64,000 nt of DNA, from assembly GCA_964016885.1 (NCBI GenBank), contig OZ024741.1, forward strand, positions 275,094,001-275,158,000, written 5' to 3'. Shown here piece after piece: positions 27,863-42,240 of the stretch. Every line of letters begins with the position of its first letter. The first letter of the stretch is position 1. Below the pieces are notes generated by a model, which was given only the letters and a program-made list of their open reading frames with translations, was not told where the DNA came from and searched no databases. Origin of the DNA: Eledone cirrhosa. Lineage: Eukaryota. The translations under genes and the position numbers were made by a program.

Positions 27863-28118
27863 CACTCTCCTCTAATACATTGCTGCATTCCATACATTTA
27901 TGGTTTGTTGTTATTAATGTGTGTGTATATGTGAAACTCTGGTCGTGCTGTGAGTTTGTGGATATGGGAGGGAGGGGGTCAAAGTTCAAAGGCTGATGGT
28001 TCCTAGGAGAATGGAAAGTGTTAGAGACAGAACGGGTGTTAGTATACTGTTAGAGGTTGATAGATAAATAGAAATAGATAGATATATAGATCGTTGATAT
28101 ATATGTGTGTGTGTGTGT

Positions 28119-28290
28119 GTGTAATAGGAAAAGAGTCAGGACCCCGACGGCTGAGCTCCGGCCGTTTCGACAGCTAGATCCGAACAGCTCAGCCGTCGGG
28201 GTCCTGACTCTTTTCCTATTACACACTCTACTACCCCAAATATTGAGTTCTCTGGCGCGTTATGGTCGACTTGGTATCTTGCTACACTTT
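28119..28290 (+). mobile_element. Fold-back HHR-half element (GAAACGGC family), copy 1
   Basis: Inverted arms AATAGGAAAAGAGTCAGGACCCCGACGGCTGAGCT; tail ACTCTACTACCCC.. Confidence 0.8.
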
Positions 28291-28293
28291 ATT

Positions 28294-28369
<76 letters not shown>

Positions 28370-28483
28370 ATATATATATATGTATGTATGTATGTAAAAG
28401 GTAAACAGAAATAACAACACAATCGTTACAGTATATGGAAGGGATATATTAGGTTAACGCTTGATATAGCAGGAAGAGGGTTT

Positions 28484-28515
28484 TACCGTTTCGGACGCTA
28501 GTCCTTCATCAGAAG
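28484..28515 (-). ncRNA. Minimal hammerhead motif
   Basis: rc: CTGATGA-aGGACtagcGTCC-GAAAC-G-GTA; weak stem I. Confidence 0.7.
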
Positions 28516-28897
28516 AAAGAATGAGAAATAAGATAGATTGAGGAGTCGGGCGGGTTGGAATTGGAAAAAATTTCTTTAAATTAAAATAACAGGTCCATTC
28601 ATGTTGACATCTCTTGCAAAACTGTTGGTGCTGGCGTTTTGTGTATGATTTATTTTTTAGAAAAGTGGATGATGGAGCACGTCTACCTGATATAATATAT
28701 ATATATATATACATTCAATACATAAACAGAGAAAGCCTTAAGCGATACTCCGACCAACTCCATCTCACTCAACAAACATTAGGATATACCTAAGTATTAT
28801 CCCAATTTAGTGTTTGGAGTGCTAACTAATCAGTATTTCGTGGATAGCTGGTTGTATTATTTTATATGAGACATTATTAAATAAATATCTCTTTCCT

Positions 28898-29021
28898 TCC
28901 AGACGGCCGTTTCGTTATAAGATTTCTACAATTTGGGATAAATAATTTCCAGGTTATGTAGAAACTTGTATATAATCCATAGTTTTATACACAAGTGGGC
29001 TCTTATAAACTCATCAGTGGA
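28898..29021 (-). ncRNA. Hammerhead with branched, ~100-nt stem II
   Basis: rc: TCCA-CTGATGA-GTTTATAAGA[two hairpins]TCTTATAAC-GAAAC-GGCC-GTC|TGGA; downstream tail 28715-28890 recurs at 59610-59790. Confidence 0.85.
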
Positions 29022-29414
29022 TGCCCAAATAATATCGATATAAGAATTATATCGACATTAATAGAATGGTGATGGTCTCCCTCGGCGCTAAGAAGAGACT
29101 GGTAGATTAGATAATCCAGCAGTCCTCCCAAAGATAAAATACACGCGGTCCCCAAATGGGTAAAGGGAGGTCATCTTAAAATAAAACAATATACACGCTG
29201 GTCATTTAAACCTGTTAGGTATTAACCACGTGTATAAGAACTCAATTGGATATTAAAAGAATAACTATATGTATACACAACCAATGCACACACAGAGATA
29301 TTAAAACATAATAAATACATGTATGGATCACATATATATATTGCTTTGGTGTCCTTGAAATATGTATAATGAAATAAATATGGTTTTATAAATATAGTTT
29401 CCATTTGTTAATAT

Positions 29415-29451
<37 letters not shown>

Positions 29452-29457
<6 letters not shown>

Positions 29458-29755
29458 TCTGAATTTGTTTAGCAAGATTCTTTATCTGAAAACGTGTGTT
29501 GAAACCGATATTGTTATACTTTGGGAGGGTCATGTTGCCAATAAGAAACACACGCACCAGGTGTTTCACTCCAATTTATTATAAATAAAAAATTTTTTTT
29601 AAAAAGTTTGGTTGGTTGGTTCCACAACCGGACGGTTGTTCATATATTGTCAAAGTTCTTTCGTCACACATTATGTGACCTCTTCAGTGACGGGATTTTT
29701 TTCTTTGTTTTGTGCCTCTCCTTTGTTCTGTCCTACGCCATCTTGTTTTTGTGTG

Positions 29756-29757
<2 letters not shown>
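29452..29757 (-). mobile_element. ~300-bp (TA)n-flanked HHR element; ribozyme at 29649-29691
   Basis: rc: GTCA-CTGAAGA-gGTCACAtaatgTGTGAC-GAAA-GAAC-TT|TGAC; second copy at 38596-38850. Confidence 0.85.
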
Positions 29758-29813
<56 letters not shown>

Positions 29814-30007
29814 CAGTGTGTGTGTGTGTGTGTGTGTGAAGCAAAAATAATTCTTAATTCTTTCCTCAGTTTTCTTATTTCTTTTAACAGAAAAAAATAA
29901 TTTTGAATAAAACTAAACAAGATTCGTAAATTGGCAGAACAAATATGGATGAATTGGCAGACATTTTACTTCAAAATGATTGTGCGTCTTGTACCCCGAA
30001 CAAGACG

Positions 30008-30102
30008 GTGACTTTGCCTTTCATCCTTACGGGGTCGATAAAATAAAGTACCAGTAATGCACTGGGTAATTGCTGGCCTTGTGCCTAAAGTAGAAACAAT
30101 TA
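30008..30102 (+). mobile_element. SINE 3' half
   Basis: Core plus tail GCCTTGTGCCTAAAGTAGAAACAATT. Confidence 0.85.
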
Positions 30103-30294
30103 TTAGATGTTTTATGTGGCAGTGATTATTTTAATGTGCAATTTACGAATCTTACCTAGTTTTATTGAAAATTAATTTTTTCTGTTAAAAGAAATAAGAA
30201 AACTGAGGAAAAAAATAAAGAATTCTCTGTCTATCTCTCTCTCACACTATCTATCTCTCTATCAACTATCTATCTATCTACCTAGCTATCTATC

Positions 30295-30339
<45 letters not shown>

Positions 30340-31748
30340 ATCTATTTATCTACCTGTCTATCTACATATCTTTTTATCTATCTATCTTTCCTTTATCTGT
30401 CTATATATTTATATATCTTCCTACCTATCTACCTATCTACCTACCTATATATCTTTCCATTTATTTGTCTATCTCTATATATCTACCTACCTATCTATCT
30501 ATATATCTTTCATTACTCGTGTAGTGAAGTTCTAAATCTAATTTTGTACACATTTAAATCTAATTTTCGGTAGCAAGTTTACATTTTCTGACAAATACTA
30601 GATGGCAAGTGACAGTTAGACGCCGATAAAATGTTAAAATTGACCATTACAAATGCTTCTCAGACTCAGAGAATATCAAACACTGGGTCATAGCACCACC
30701 TGCCTTAAAGATTTATTCAGTTCTAGAATTCCTTTAAATATACCATGGAAGAAATATTTCATGAATATAAATGTAATTACCCCCCCCCCCCCCCCCCCGC
30801 CAAAAAGATAACTCTTTTTCTTTAAAATGCGTCTGCGTATGATATCCTGAACAATACGGTAGTAATATGGGGTGTGTAATACAGATTATTTTATCATGCA
30901 GTTGATCCCTGCTTGTGTAGTTCTAAATCTAATTGTATGCAGTTGTAAATCTAATTTTCAGCAATAAGTTTCTATTGTGTGTCAAATGTTATGTAGGCTT
31001 ACGTGATAAATGATGCTTAAAAGACTTAAAGTACTCATAAAATGTTAAAAATTACCATTACAAAAGCTTCTTAGACTTAGACATTATCAAACATTGTGTT
31101 ATGGTATTCATGGCCCCGTAACTTCTAAGGTAGTCGCAGAGGCGCCGTATTGACATACAGCGTATCTAGGACATTTTAAAATCTGGCGGAACCCAGTTCT
31201 CTCCAGATTTCTTCCAGAGAAGGATAGAGTGAGGGTGAGAGTGGATGTGAGAAAGAGATATAGAGGAAGAATCTACCCCAGAACTAGATTGGTACTTTTT
31301 TTATGGACCTCGAATGGATGAAAGACAAAGATGATCTAGGCGGGATATGAACTCAGAAAGCAAAGATTCAGAACGAATACCGCAAAGCAGTCTATCCGAC
31401 ATTCCAACGACTCTGCCAATTCGCCGCCTATTGTCCAGTATTAGGCTCAATTCTTTCTCTATATATATATCATTATATATCCTCCTCTTCTTCCTCTGGA
31501 AGTACGGACTCCGCCAGTGGTTTCTAGCTCTTATCTTACATAATATGGAAGATACTATTTAAAGATACTGAGAAATATATGATATAAGCGCTATACAGTA
31601 TAGTGGCTGCAATTATAGAGCTATGACTTATAGAAATGTCTAATTTAAGGTACATTGTTATATAGGATCTAGATATTTTAAGGGCCAACAAAAAGCTAAT
31701 TAGATTACTTGTGTTCATAGAAGATCCTAATGGAATCATAATTATATA

Positions 31749-32403
<655 letters not shown>

Positions 32404-32469
32404 GCACATATATAATTATGGTTCCATTGCAATCTTCTAGATTGATGGTTAGATGGTGGGATAGAAGGT

Positions 32470-32535
<66 letters not shown>

Positions 32536-33965
32536 TGTTTCTTTATTAGCCACAGGGGCACAAAAGAAGGGGACAAATACAAAGGGGAAAGTTTACATAC
32601 AATAAAAACGTGTAAAATGTTATCACAGATGCAATTTAAGAAGTTAGTCGATTTTCCCCAATAGAGGGAGACAGTTTATATGGGTAACACATACCCCCGA
32701 AAAAATGTGCAACCCTCATCTCCAGGCGTACGAAAATAGATAGATAGATAAATAGATAGATAGATTTCTTTATTTGCCACAAGGGCGCACAAGAGAAGCG
32801 GACAATGCAAAGACACATGCCGGGGATTTTACATACAGTCGTGTAAAAATATTGAAACAAACAAATTTAACAATCGAAATCCCCAATAGGGAACAACGCC
32901 ACAAATGGGTTGTTTAATACCCCGTCGATAGAACAACCCTCAACTTCAGAAGCCTGTTGTGCAAGTGCTCCCTTCTTCCTTTTGCTCTCTTCCTCAACCT
33001 ACAGGTTTATATACAGAGAAGACCCAATCACTCGGGCCATTTTTGCCACATTCACCCACCTTTCACTAAATTTACTGGGGTGCAGTGCCTCTCTCTCCAC
33101 TCTGATTCTCCTTCTAAAGTGATACTTAAAGAAGGGAATGAGTTGTTGTCCGGAGATAAAGGCATCGGTTCTCAGTCCCCTCAATCTCGTCCACCATATA
33201 ACCTCTCTCACCATAGCCACGATACAGAGGAAAACCGCCTCTCTTTCGTTTTTGAAAAAGGTTGGCGGTTTGATCCTTACTATGGACTCGGCAGTCAACT
33301 GGATTTGTCCCATATTCCACAGGTCGGTTACGACCGGGCAGTGTACAATTGCGTGCAAGACAGTTTCAATGTCCTGCTCGCATCTAGGACACGTCCTCTT
33401 GGAAGGATCCCTGCCGGGGCGTCCGTGCCTGTAGATATTGTCTCGAACTGGTAGAGCTCTTCGGTAGCACTGCCAGGCCAGGGACCTCTGGAAGTTGTCC
33501 ATAGGTCCCGGGCGGAAAGTCCTACCAAACAGACTGGTGAGTTCGTCGTCTTCGACGCCCAGGGTCTCTCCGAGCACGTCGTCGCCGTTGACGTACTAAC
33601 CCTCTATAGAATGTCGAAGTGGAGTCTCCACTGATTGCTGTGTCCGCTTGACAGAGGACTGTGAGCGCCTGAGCGCATTCAAAGTGCCATGCGCCCATCT
33701 TCTTCGGTCTCCGCTTGACCCAGGACTGCAGCTCCGTCACTGAGACAAGTTGCGGGAAGGCCTGTCTCACAAACGGTGCCCACACTGGTTGGTCGGTGAG
33801 GAATACCTGGAGATGCCGTAGCCTCAGCGCATGTTTGCGCATCATCAACCACGGCATTCCCAGCCCTCCGGTGGAAGGGTGCTGACAGCAGACGGATCTC
33901 CTCACCAGTGGAGCCTGCTTCTTCCAAAGGAACTGGAAGAGCATACGTTCCATCTTGGTGAGGTG
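32536..33965 (-). mobile_element. Tx1/L1-clade LINE 3' portion plus a second short 3'-end copy, separated and flanked by (GATA)n
   Basis: FLWKKQ..GGLGMP; zinc knuckle CPRCEQDIETVLHAIVHCP; 3' ends AATAAAGAAA followed by (TATC)n. Confidence 0.9.
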
Positions 33966-33989
33966 GATAGATAGATAGATATGAAGGAT

Positions 33990-34150
33990 TTCAACAGCTA
34001 GATCCAAATTAGTTCGGATCTAGCTATTGAAACGGCAAGAGCTCAGTCTTCGGGGTCCTGACCCTTTTTAATATAACCATACTCTACTACCCCCAAGTAT
34101 CGAGTTCTCTGGTGTGTAATGGTCTAACTAGTTTCAAACTGAATCCTTCC
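33990..34150 (+). mobile_element. GAAACGGC family copy 2
   Basis: Hairpin CAGCTAGATCC..GGATCTAGCT then GAAACGGC..CGGGGTCC and tail. Confidence 0.7.
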
Positions 34151-34170
34151 TGACACACACACACACACAC

Positions 34171-34220
<50 letters not shown>

Positions 34221-34225
<5 letters not shown>

Positions 34226-34486
34226 TTGAAAAAAGGAAAAGAATGACTTCACTTGTAATTCTAAACAATTTGATTTATTATAATATTATACAATTTTATT
34301 TAATTTTATAATATTATAATATTATAATATTATAATATTATAATATTATAATCTTATAAAATTGAATCAAATTGTTTAGAAGCACAAGTGAAGTCATTCT
34401 TTTCCTTTTTTCAAATATACCTAACTGTACCAAGGATTTCACACATTTTCCAATATATATATATTAGAAAATGTGTGAAATCCTTG

Positions 34487-34492
<6 letters not shown>
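34221..34492. repeat. Two adjacent fold-back palindromes
   Basis: 34221-34420 arms (TTTGAAAAAAGGAAAAGAATGACTTCACTTG) and 34426-34492 (TGTACCAAGGATTTCACACATTTTC). Confidence 0.85.
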
Positions 34493-34549
<57 letters not shown>

Positions 34550-34554
<5 letters not shown>

Positions 34555-34805
34555 GAAACGTCAGGGCCCCAACGGCTGAGCTCCAGCCGTTTCGACTGCT
34601 AGATTCGAACCAATTTGGATCTAGCTGTTGAAACGTCAGGATCTCAGTCATCGGGGTCCCGAATCCTTCATATCTATCTATCTATCTATCCAGTCATCGG
34701 AGCTCAGCCGTTGGGGGTCTTGACTCTTTTCCTATTACCCACTCTACTACCCTTAGTATTGAGTACTCTGGTGCATTATGGTCCACCTGGTATCTTACCA
34801 CACCC
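34550..34805 (+). mobile_element. GAAACGGC family copy 3 (fold-back, rearranged)
   Basis: CCCCAACGGCTGAGCTCCAGCCGTTTCG..; tail resumes near 34700. Confidence 0.7.
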
Positions 34806-34992
34806 TCTTTGTTGTGTATACATATATATACATATATATATATATATATTTAATTAGAAAGTGAACCAGAAACCTTTCGTAATGGAGTAGCTATATATTG
34901 TGTTGTTCACTTTCTAATTAAATAGCTCTGTTCTATACATAGAGCACTCTTTTTTCCTTTGCTTTTCCTTCGGAATTACCTAACACTAAAAC

Positions 34993-35041
<49 letters not shown>

Positions 35042-35519
35042 CACACACAATTAAAGATGTTCCAGGCGTGACCATCCCGTATTTTCCCTACTTAGTATTG
35101 TATTATTTTGTGTCCTTTTTCAATGTGATTTGAGGGTTATTTAGGCTTCTATTTCCAGCACATCTTGGAACCTCATACATGCTCCCTTGTTGACTAGAAA
35201 GGTCAATTGTTGATCCATCATGTCACCAGAGGGAGTAGTTGTAGAAGATACACATAAACACAGATGTATGTATATATGTATATATGTATATATGTATATA
35301 TGTATATATGTGTGTATGTGTACATGTGTACATGTATGTATGTATATATGTGTATGTATATATGTGTATGTATATATGTGTATGTATGTGTGTGTATGTA
35401 TATATGTGTATGTATGTGTGTGTATGTATGTGTATATACATATGTGTACACGTGTCAACTGTGGTGTCAACCATAATTACCCACTACTCTATTATTGACA
35501 TTCACCCCCACCCCAACCC

Positions 35520-36005
35520 CATAACCTTCCCCTCCCACCCCCACCACCACTACCTTCCCCTCCCACCACCACCACCACCATATTCACCTCTCACACCACC
35601 ACCATATTTACCTCCCACACCACCACCACTACCTTCCCCTCCCACCACCACCACCACCACTACCTTCCCCTCCCACCACCACCACCATATTCACCTCCCA
35701 CACCACCACCATCTTCCCTTCCCCTCCCACCACCACCACTACCTTCCCCTCCCACCACCACCACCATATTCACCTCCCACACTACCATCATCTTCCCCTC
35801 CCACACCACCACCATCTTCCCCTCCCACCACCACTACCTTCCCCTCCCAGCACCACCACCACCACTACCTTCCTCTCCCACCACCACTACCTTCCCCTCC
35901 CAGCACCACCACCACTACCTTCCTCTCCCACCACCACCACCACTACCTTCCCCTCCCAGCACCACCACCACCACCACCACTATCTTCCTCTCCCACCACC
36001 ACCAT
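35520..36005. repeat. C-rich (ACC/CCT) low-complexity tract
   Basis: Direct reading. Confidence 0.9.
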
Positions 36006-36189
36006 CTTCACTATTGCCGTATTTCCCCGGCGTAGAAGACACTATTTTTTCCCTAAAATAAGTCTCAAAAATCTGCCAAGTGTCCTGGAGTCCAATGGTT
36101 ACGTTTGTCAGAGGCAGATTCTAACACCAGAGGGAAATTATCTATGCTAGACATTAATTTGAAATCCTGTATATGACCTCTTAATGAAG

Positions 36190-36373
36190 TGTGATTGGCA
36201 GTATCAGTAGAGGGTCGGATGTTATGCTTTGCTGCATAGAGTTACGCCCCTTTACGGTCTGAGTTCAAATCCCGCCGAAGTTAATTTTGCCTTTCATCCT
36301 TACGGGGTCGATGAAATAAAGTACCAGTAATGTACTGGATAATTGCTGGCCTTGTGCCAAAAGTAGAAACAAT
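36190..36373 (+). mobile_element. SINE copy
   Basis: Full head, core and tail. Confidence 0.9.
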
Positions 36374-36430
36374 TAGTATACTTAGTTAAAGTAATAAATA
36401 AACAAAATATCATTAAACAATTTAAATATA

Positions 36431-36758
36431 TACTCTCAGGTCTTGAATAATCCCCCCTCCCCGCTTATTAAATTTTGCTAATCGATCTCCGGCGAAATTT
36501 TATTGTAAGTGATTCATATCGATAAAGCAGCTGGAGAAGTTAATCATAATTTTATTTTACATTACAAAAACATTATATGACAAAAAAAAAAGAGAACATT
36601 ACAAGAAATCCCATATTTACGAAAGTACACCATACAATTACCGATTCCTCCCGCCGTTTATTCCAACCTCACCGCTTATAAGAATTTAAGCAAATACCTC
36701 CATCCCCACCCCACCCCGCTGCTTATTCCACCTCCTGTTATTTTGGGGCTCGAGAGTA
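36431..36758. mobile_element. MITE with TACTCTC...GAGAGTA termini
   Basis: Related copy at 58944-59586. Confidence 0.6.
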
Positions 36759-36825
36759 CTCAATCACGAAAATCCATTCCTGTATGGGCGGAGTATGGTA
36801 GACGAGGTAACTGATGAGTGATGTG

Positions 36826-36988
36826 GAGGGTCGGACGCCATGCTTTCTAGCATAGTTACGTCCCTTTACGGTCTGAGTTCAAATCCCGTCGAGGCTAACT
36901 TTGCCTTTCATCCTTACGGGGTCGATGAAATAAGGTACCAGTAATGTACTGGGTAATTGCTGGCCTTGTGCCAAAAGTAGAAACTATT
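36826..36988 (+). mobile_element. SINE copy (5' truncated)
   Basis: Core and tail. Confidence 0.9.
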
Positions 36989-37214
36989 GTTACATGTTGT
37001 GTATCAATATTGCCGGTATCATCTCTCTCTTCAAACAACCAGATTTTAAGGGAACATTATTAAGTGACAAAAGAAGTAAAACTACGGTATGTTAAAAGGA
37101 TTTACCAGCAAATATTAATAAGACTTTTTGTTCAAATCTTTGGTTGTCAAAATTGGGGTGGGTCCTGGAGGGCGAAACGTCTTCCACGACGAGAAATACT
37201 GTACTAATCAAGTA

Positions 37215-37510
37215 TGGGTAAAAACCCCCTTCGTCGGCCATGAGTGACCATGGGATTTGCACCTAGAAAGTTGCCCTCCGAGGCACAAGTCCGGGCAAGT
37301 TCGTTTGTGGAAGACCAGCAGTCACCCATGCATACCAGTGTTTCGCCTCTCCACGTCACCGATGTTGTCCAAGGGAAAGGCAATGGCTGATACAGCTTGG
37401 TACCAGTGACGTCATTGGCACCTCATTTCTACAGCTGAGTGAACTAGAGCAACATGAAATAAAGCGTCTTGTTCAAAGCCCGGTCCAGGAATAGAACTCA
37501 CAACCTCACA
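37215..37510 (-). mobile_element. CORE-like SINE with long 3' tail
   Basis: rc of CTCATTTCTACAGCTGAGTGAACTAGAGCAACATGAAATAAAGCGTCTTG matches 59190-59243. Confidence 0.7.
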
Positions 37511-37652
37511 AATCAAGTACTTGAATCGATATAATCAACATTCCCTTCCCCAAAATTGCTGGTCTTGTGCCTAAACCAGTTGAGAGGGACGGTTGATTGG
37601 CAGAAATGTTAGAGCATCGCAAAATAAAGTACCAGTTAAATACTGGAGTCAT

Positions 37653-37821
37653 TCAGAGGCCTAACTAGAGTATGGCAAGCAGGGCACATGCCATGGGCTC
37701 TACATGAAAGGGAGGTGCCACTTGGACTTTATGGTCATCTGAAAGATGGGTGTCAGACGTTTGGGCAAGGGCAGAATTTCACTGCTTACCATAAGCAGTA
37801 TTTTCCCTAGTTACGCCTCTG
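37653..37821. mobile_element. MITE inserted in a SINE remnant
   Basis: TIR CAGAGGCCTAACTAG / CTAGTTACGCCTCTG. Confidence 0.65.
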
Positions 37822-38125
37822 GCGTCGATGTAATCGACTTTCACCCACTCACCCCTACGGTGGTACTACCATTGTACCATGTCGGGTACCACGCCTGTGC
37901 CATGTTAGATACTACCATTGTGCCACTGCTAAACTATTCTGGTCTTATAGGACTGGCAGACAGCTCTGACTTCCAGACATTCCGAAGTCTGCTAAAATAT
38001 TCCTTTGTCATTCTAGCTTTGAACAGATGTATCTGTGTGTGTGTGTGTGTGTGTGTGCGTATGTACATCTGTCTTTACGTATATATGGATGCATGCAGGT
38101 ATGTGCGTATGGATGTATAGATGTG

Positions 38126-38158
<33 letters not shown>

Positions 38159-38244
38159 ATTGCTTTCACCGTATTTTTGACTAAAGGAATTTTAGCTTGA
38201 TAACGGGGTTTAGAACCCTCAGATAAATGGAAAAAGATGAGTAT

Positions 38245-38315
38245 TGACGTACATGGGAGTCGAACCCACATCTGTGGTTATCGCGACCACTGTGCTACCA
38301 TTACACCAACACATC
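38245..38315 (-). pseudogene. tRNA-like cloverleaf inside a dispersed repeat (non-canonical anticodon loop CGCGATA)
   Basis: GATGTGT TG GTGT AATGGTA GCAC A GTGGT cgcgata ACCAC AGAT GTGGG TTCGACT CCCAT GTACGTC A; partial duplicate at 38505-38543. Confidence 0.6.
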
Positions 38316-38595
38316 ACCCATCTCTTTCCATTCAAATTAGAAACTACATTCTTAGCGAGTTTAAATGGCAAGTAAGTATGTTTTGAAACAGTGAGCGAGT
38401 TTGAAATTAAAAAATATATAGCTTTCACCGTATTTTTGACTAAAGGAATTTTAGCTTGATAACGGGGTTTAGAACCCTCAGATAAATGGAAAAAGATGAG
38501 TATTGACGTACATGGGAGTCGAACCCACATCTGTGGTTATCGCTTACTGTTTCAAAACATACTTACTTGATATATATATATATATATATATATAT

Positions 38596-38850
38596 AACAA
38601 GATAGCGTAGGACAGGACAAAGGAGAGGCACAAAAACAAAGAAAATAATCCCCAGTCACTGAAGAGGTCACAGAATGTGTGACGAAAGAACTTTGACAAT
38701 ATATAAACAACCATCTGGTTGTGGAACCAACCAACCAACCGGAAATTTATAAATTCCTAAATTTATAAATTTATTATAATAAATTGAAGTGAAAGCAACT
38801 GGTGCGTGTGTTTCTTATTGGCAACATGACCCTCCCAAAGTATAACAATA
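38596..38850 (+). mobile_element. (TA)n-flanked HHR element copy; ribozyme at 38655-38697
   Basis: GTCA-CTGAAGA-gGTCACAgaatgTGTGAC-GAAA-GAAC-TT|TGAC. Confidence 0.85.
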
Positions 38851-39216
38851 TATATATATATATAAACATGAGAAGAAAGAAGACTTACGTGGTTGCACAT
38901 GGGTTACATATGATAAAAATAGTCCTTCATCAGTGATTTTCCAACATTCATTGGTATTTCATCACTTTAAAAATCATATACCTCCAGTTGGTGCGAGCAA
39001 TAGTTAAATAAAGCTATTGGGACAAGTAAATCGCGTACAGCGAGCGAGACAAGTAAACAAACACAGAAGGGTAGCAACGCAAAGATAGGAAAAAACAAGC
39101 AAATGGGAGTCCGATCAGCTTTAGCTGTGTGGATTTCTTGGGCGAGAGACTACAGACCGTCCGAGGCGAGTGAGGTGTGAGCAGGAAAAGACCCATGTAT
39201 ATATACATATATATAC

Positions 39217-39361
<145 letters not shown>

Positions 39362-39863
39362 AAACAAAATGAAAACGAAATTTCATTTCTCACTCTTAGT
39401 ATGGCACTTACTTAAATGTAAGTATGCATGTATACGTACATACATATATGTATACAGATGTACAGTAGCATGCACATATATATATATATATACATATATA
39501 TATACATACATATGCATACAGGTACACATACATATATGCACGTATCAGTTTAGCGGCGCTAACGTCGCTTTGTTCGTTTGTAAACAAACTGAACAGCCTG
39601 AATTTATGCCATACGGTGTTAAGGCAACCACGTCACCTTTTTGTTCAACACTGACGTCTGTATACATATATGTATGTACGTATACATGCATACTTATATA
39701 TATATTTATTTATATATATACATCAATGCGAACACATGTATACTTGTATCAGTATTCGTCCCTCTCATATATTCATTTGTATTATACGGTTCAGAAATAT
39801 TCCTCCTTTCTTTGAGATATTTAATTGTAAAAGACGATTTTGAGTTTATAACTCTCTATCTCG

Positions 39864-39904
<41 letters not shown>

Positions 39905-40093
39905 ACAAAGGAATTGTGGTAAGGAACCAGATGAACCATAATGACCAGAGTACTCAATACTTAGGGTAGTAGAGTGGGAAATAGGAAAAAGTATGACCCC
40001 GACGGCAGAGCTCAAGCCGTTTCGACGGCTATTTCTGGACTCAGAAATAGCCGTCGAAACGGCTTGAGCTCTGCCGTCGGGGTCATACTTTTT

Positions 40094-40098
<5 letters not shown>
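39905..40098 (-). mobile_element. GAAACGGC family copy 4 (palindromic head)
   Basis: ~57-bp arms sharing private variants (GGCAGAG, ATTTCTG). Confidence 0.85.
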
Positions 40099-40131
<33 letters not shown>

Positions 40132-40524
40132 CATGCATGTAGATATGAGTATGTATGTATGCATGCATGTATGGATGGGTGTATGTACATGGATTTATAG
40201 ATGTATGTGTATGTATGAATGAATGTTTGTGGATTTATGTATATACGTATATATATATGTATATGTATGTATGTAATAGTTTCGATGGTGCTGGCAATGG
40301 CGGCGGTGAAGGTGGTGGTGGTGGTGGTGGTGGTGGTATTGGAGCATGCAATGGTGGTGGTGGTCTGAGTGATTGTCTGTAGGGAGGTGTGTCTAAGGTC
40401 AGCCCGGGGGGTGGGGGATATATGAGGGAGCAGTGAGAAGTCAAGGTGAAGCAGTACAGTTGTTAATGCTCACACAATACTAACTTAATGTTTCTTTGCT
40501 TAACTTCTACACACAAATACACAA

Positions 40525-40612
<88 letters not shown>

Positions 40613-40689
40613 CATATATAATATACATACATACGTACATATAGACAGAGTTATATACATATACACACACATACATATATATATATATA

Positions 40690-40877
40690 GCGAGGGAAAA
40701 GTGGCAAGGAACCAGGTGGACCATAACGCACCAAAGTACTCAATACTTAGGGTAGTAGAGTGGGTAATAGGAGTAAGTAAGACCCCGACGGCTGAGCTCA
40801 AGCCGTTTCGACGGCTAATTCTGTACTGAATTAGCCGCCGAAACGGCTTGAGCTCAGCCGTCGGGGTCTTACTTACT

Positions 40878-40882
<5 letters not shown>
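40690..40882 (-). mobile_element. GAAACGGC family copy 5 (palindromic head)
   Basis: Arms share GTAAGTAAG variant. Confidence 0.85.
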
Positions 40883-40929
<47 letters not shown>

Positions 40930-40989
40930 CGTGTATTTGTACATATATATATATATATACAAACACACATAAATGTATGCATATAAATG

Positions 40990-41069
<80 letters not shown>

Positions 41070-41116
41070 TACCATACACACATAACTGTATGTATATAAA
41101 AGCATACATATCTGTG

Positions 41117-41158
<42 letters not shown>

Positions 41159-41314
41159 CACAGATGTGTGTGTGTATGTATGTATACATATATATGTGTG
41201 TATGTGTGTGATACGCTTATACACACACACACACCTACACACAGAAGCTGGTGACACAGTGAAGCCTAATTAATGTGTACAGACATCTCATTAGAACTGA
41301 AATACTTTACAAAT

Positions 41315-42240
41315 ACACCATCACTACACTACACTACCACCACAATACTACCACTACACTACCACTACACTACCACTACACTACCACCACCACCATCACT
41401 ACACTACACCACTACCACTAGATCACCATCACTACCACCACAATACTACCACTACACTACCACCACCACCATCACTACACTACACCACCACCACTAGATC
41501 ACTACCACCACAATACTACCATTACACTACCACCACCACCATCACTACACTACACCATCACCACTAGATCACCATCACTACCACCACAATACTACCACTA
41601 CACTACCACCACCACCATCACTACACTACACCACCACCACTAGATCACCATCACTACCACCACAATACTACCACTACACTACCACCACCACCATCACTAC
41701 ACTACACCACCACCACTAGATCACCATCACTACCACCACAATACTACCACTACACTACCACCACCACCATCACTACACTACACCACCACCACTAGATCAC
41801 CATCACTACCACCACAATACTACCACTACACTACCACCACCACCATCACTACACTACACCACTACCACTAGATCACCATCACTACCACCACAATACTACC
41901 ACTACACTACCACCACCACCATCACTACACTACACCATCACCACTAGATCACCATCACTACCACCACAATACTACCACTACACTACCACCACCACCATCA
42001 CTACACTACACCACCACCACTAGATCACCATCACTACCACCACAATACTACCACTACACTACCACCACCACCATCACTACACTACACCACCACCACTAGA
42101 TCACCATCACTACCACCACAATACTACCACTACACTACCACCACCACCATCACTACACTACACCACCACCACTAGATCACCATCACTACCACCACAATAC
42201 TACCACTACACTACCATCACCACCATCACTACACTAACCA
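41315..42240. repeat. 76-bp minisatellite, ~11-12 copies
   Basis: TAGATC anchor at 41565, 41641, 41717 (76-bp period). Confidence 0.95.

Noticed and set aside
30520-31110. ~190-bp diverged direct duplication about 400 bp apart as an LTR pair
   Set aside because: No PBS, PPT, TSD or internal coding remnant seen; probably an old local duplication.
38880-38935. Hammerhead on - strand (CTGATGAAGGACT...AGTC), related copy near 48700
   Set aside because: No GAAA or stem III in either copy; at best a truncated half.
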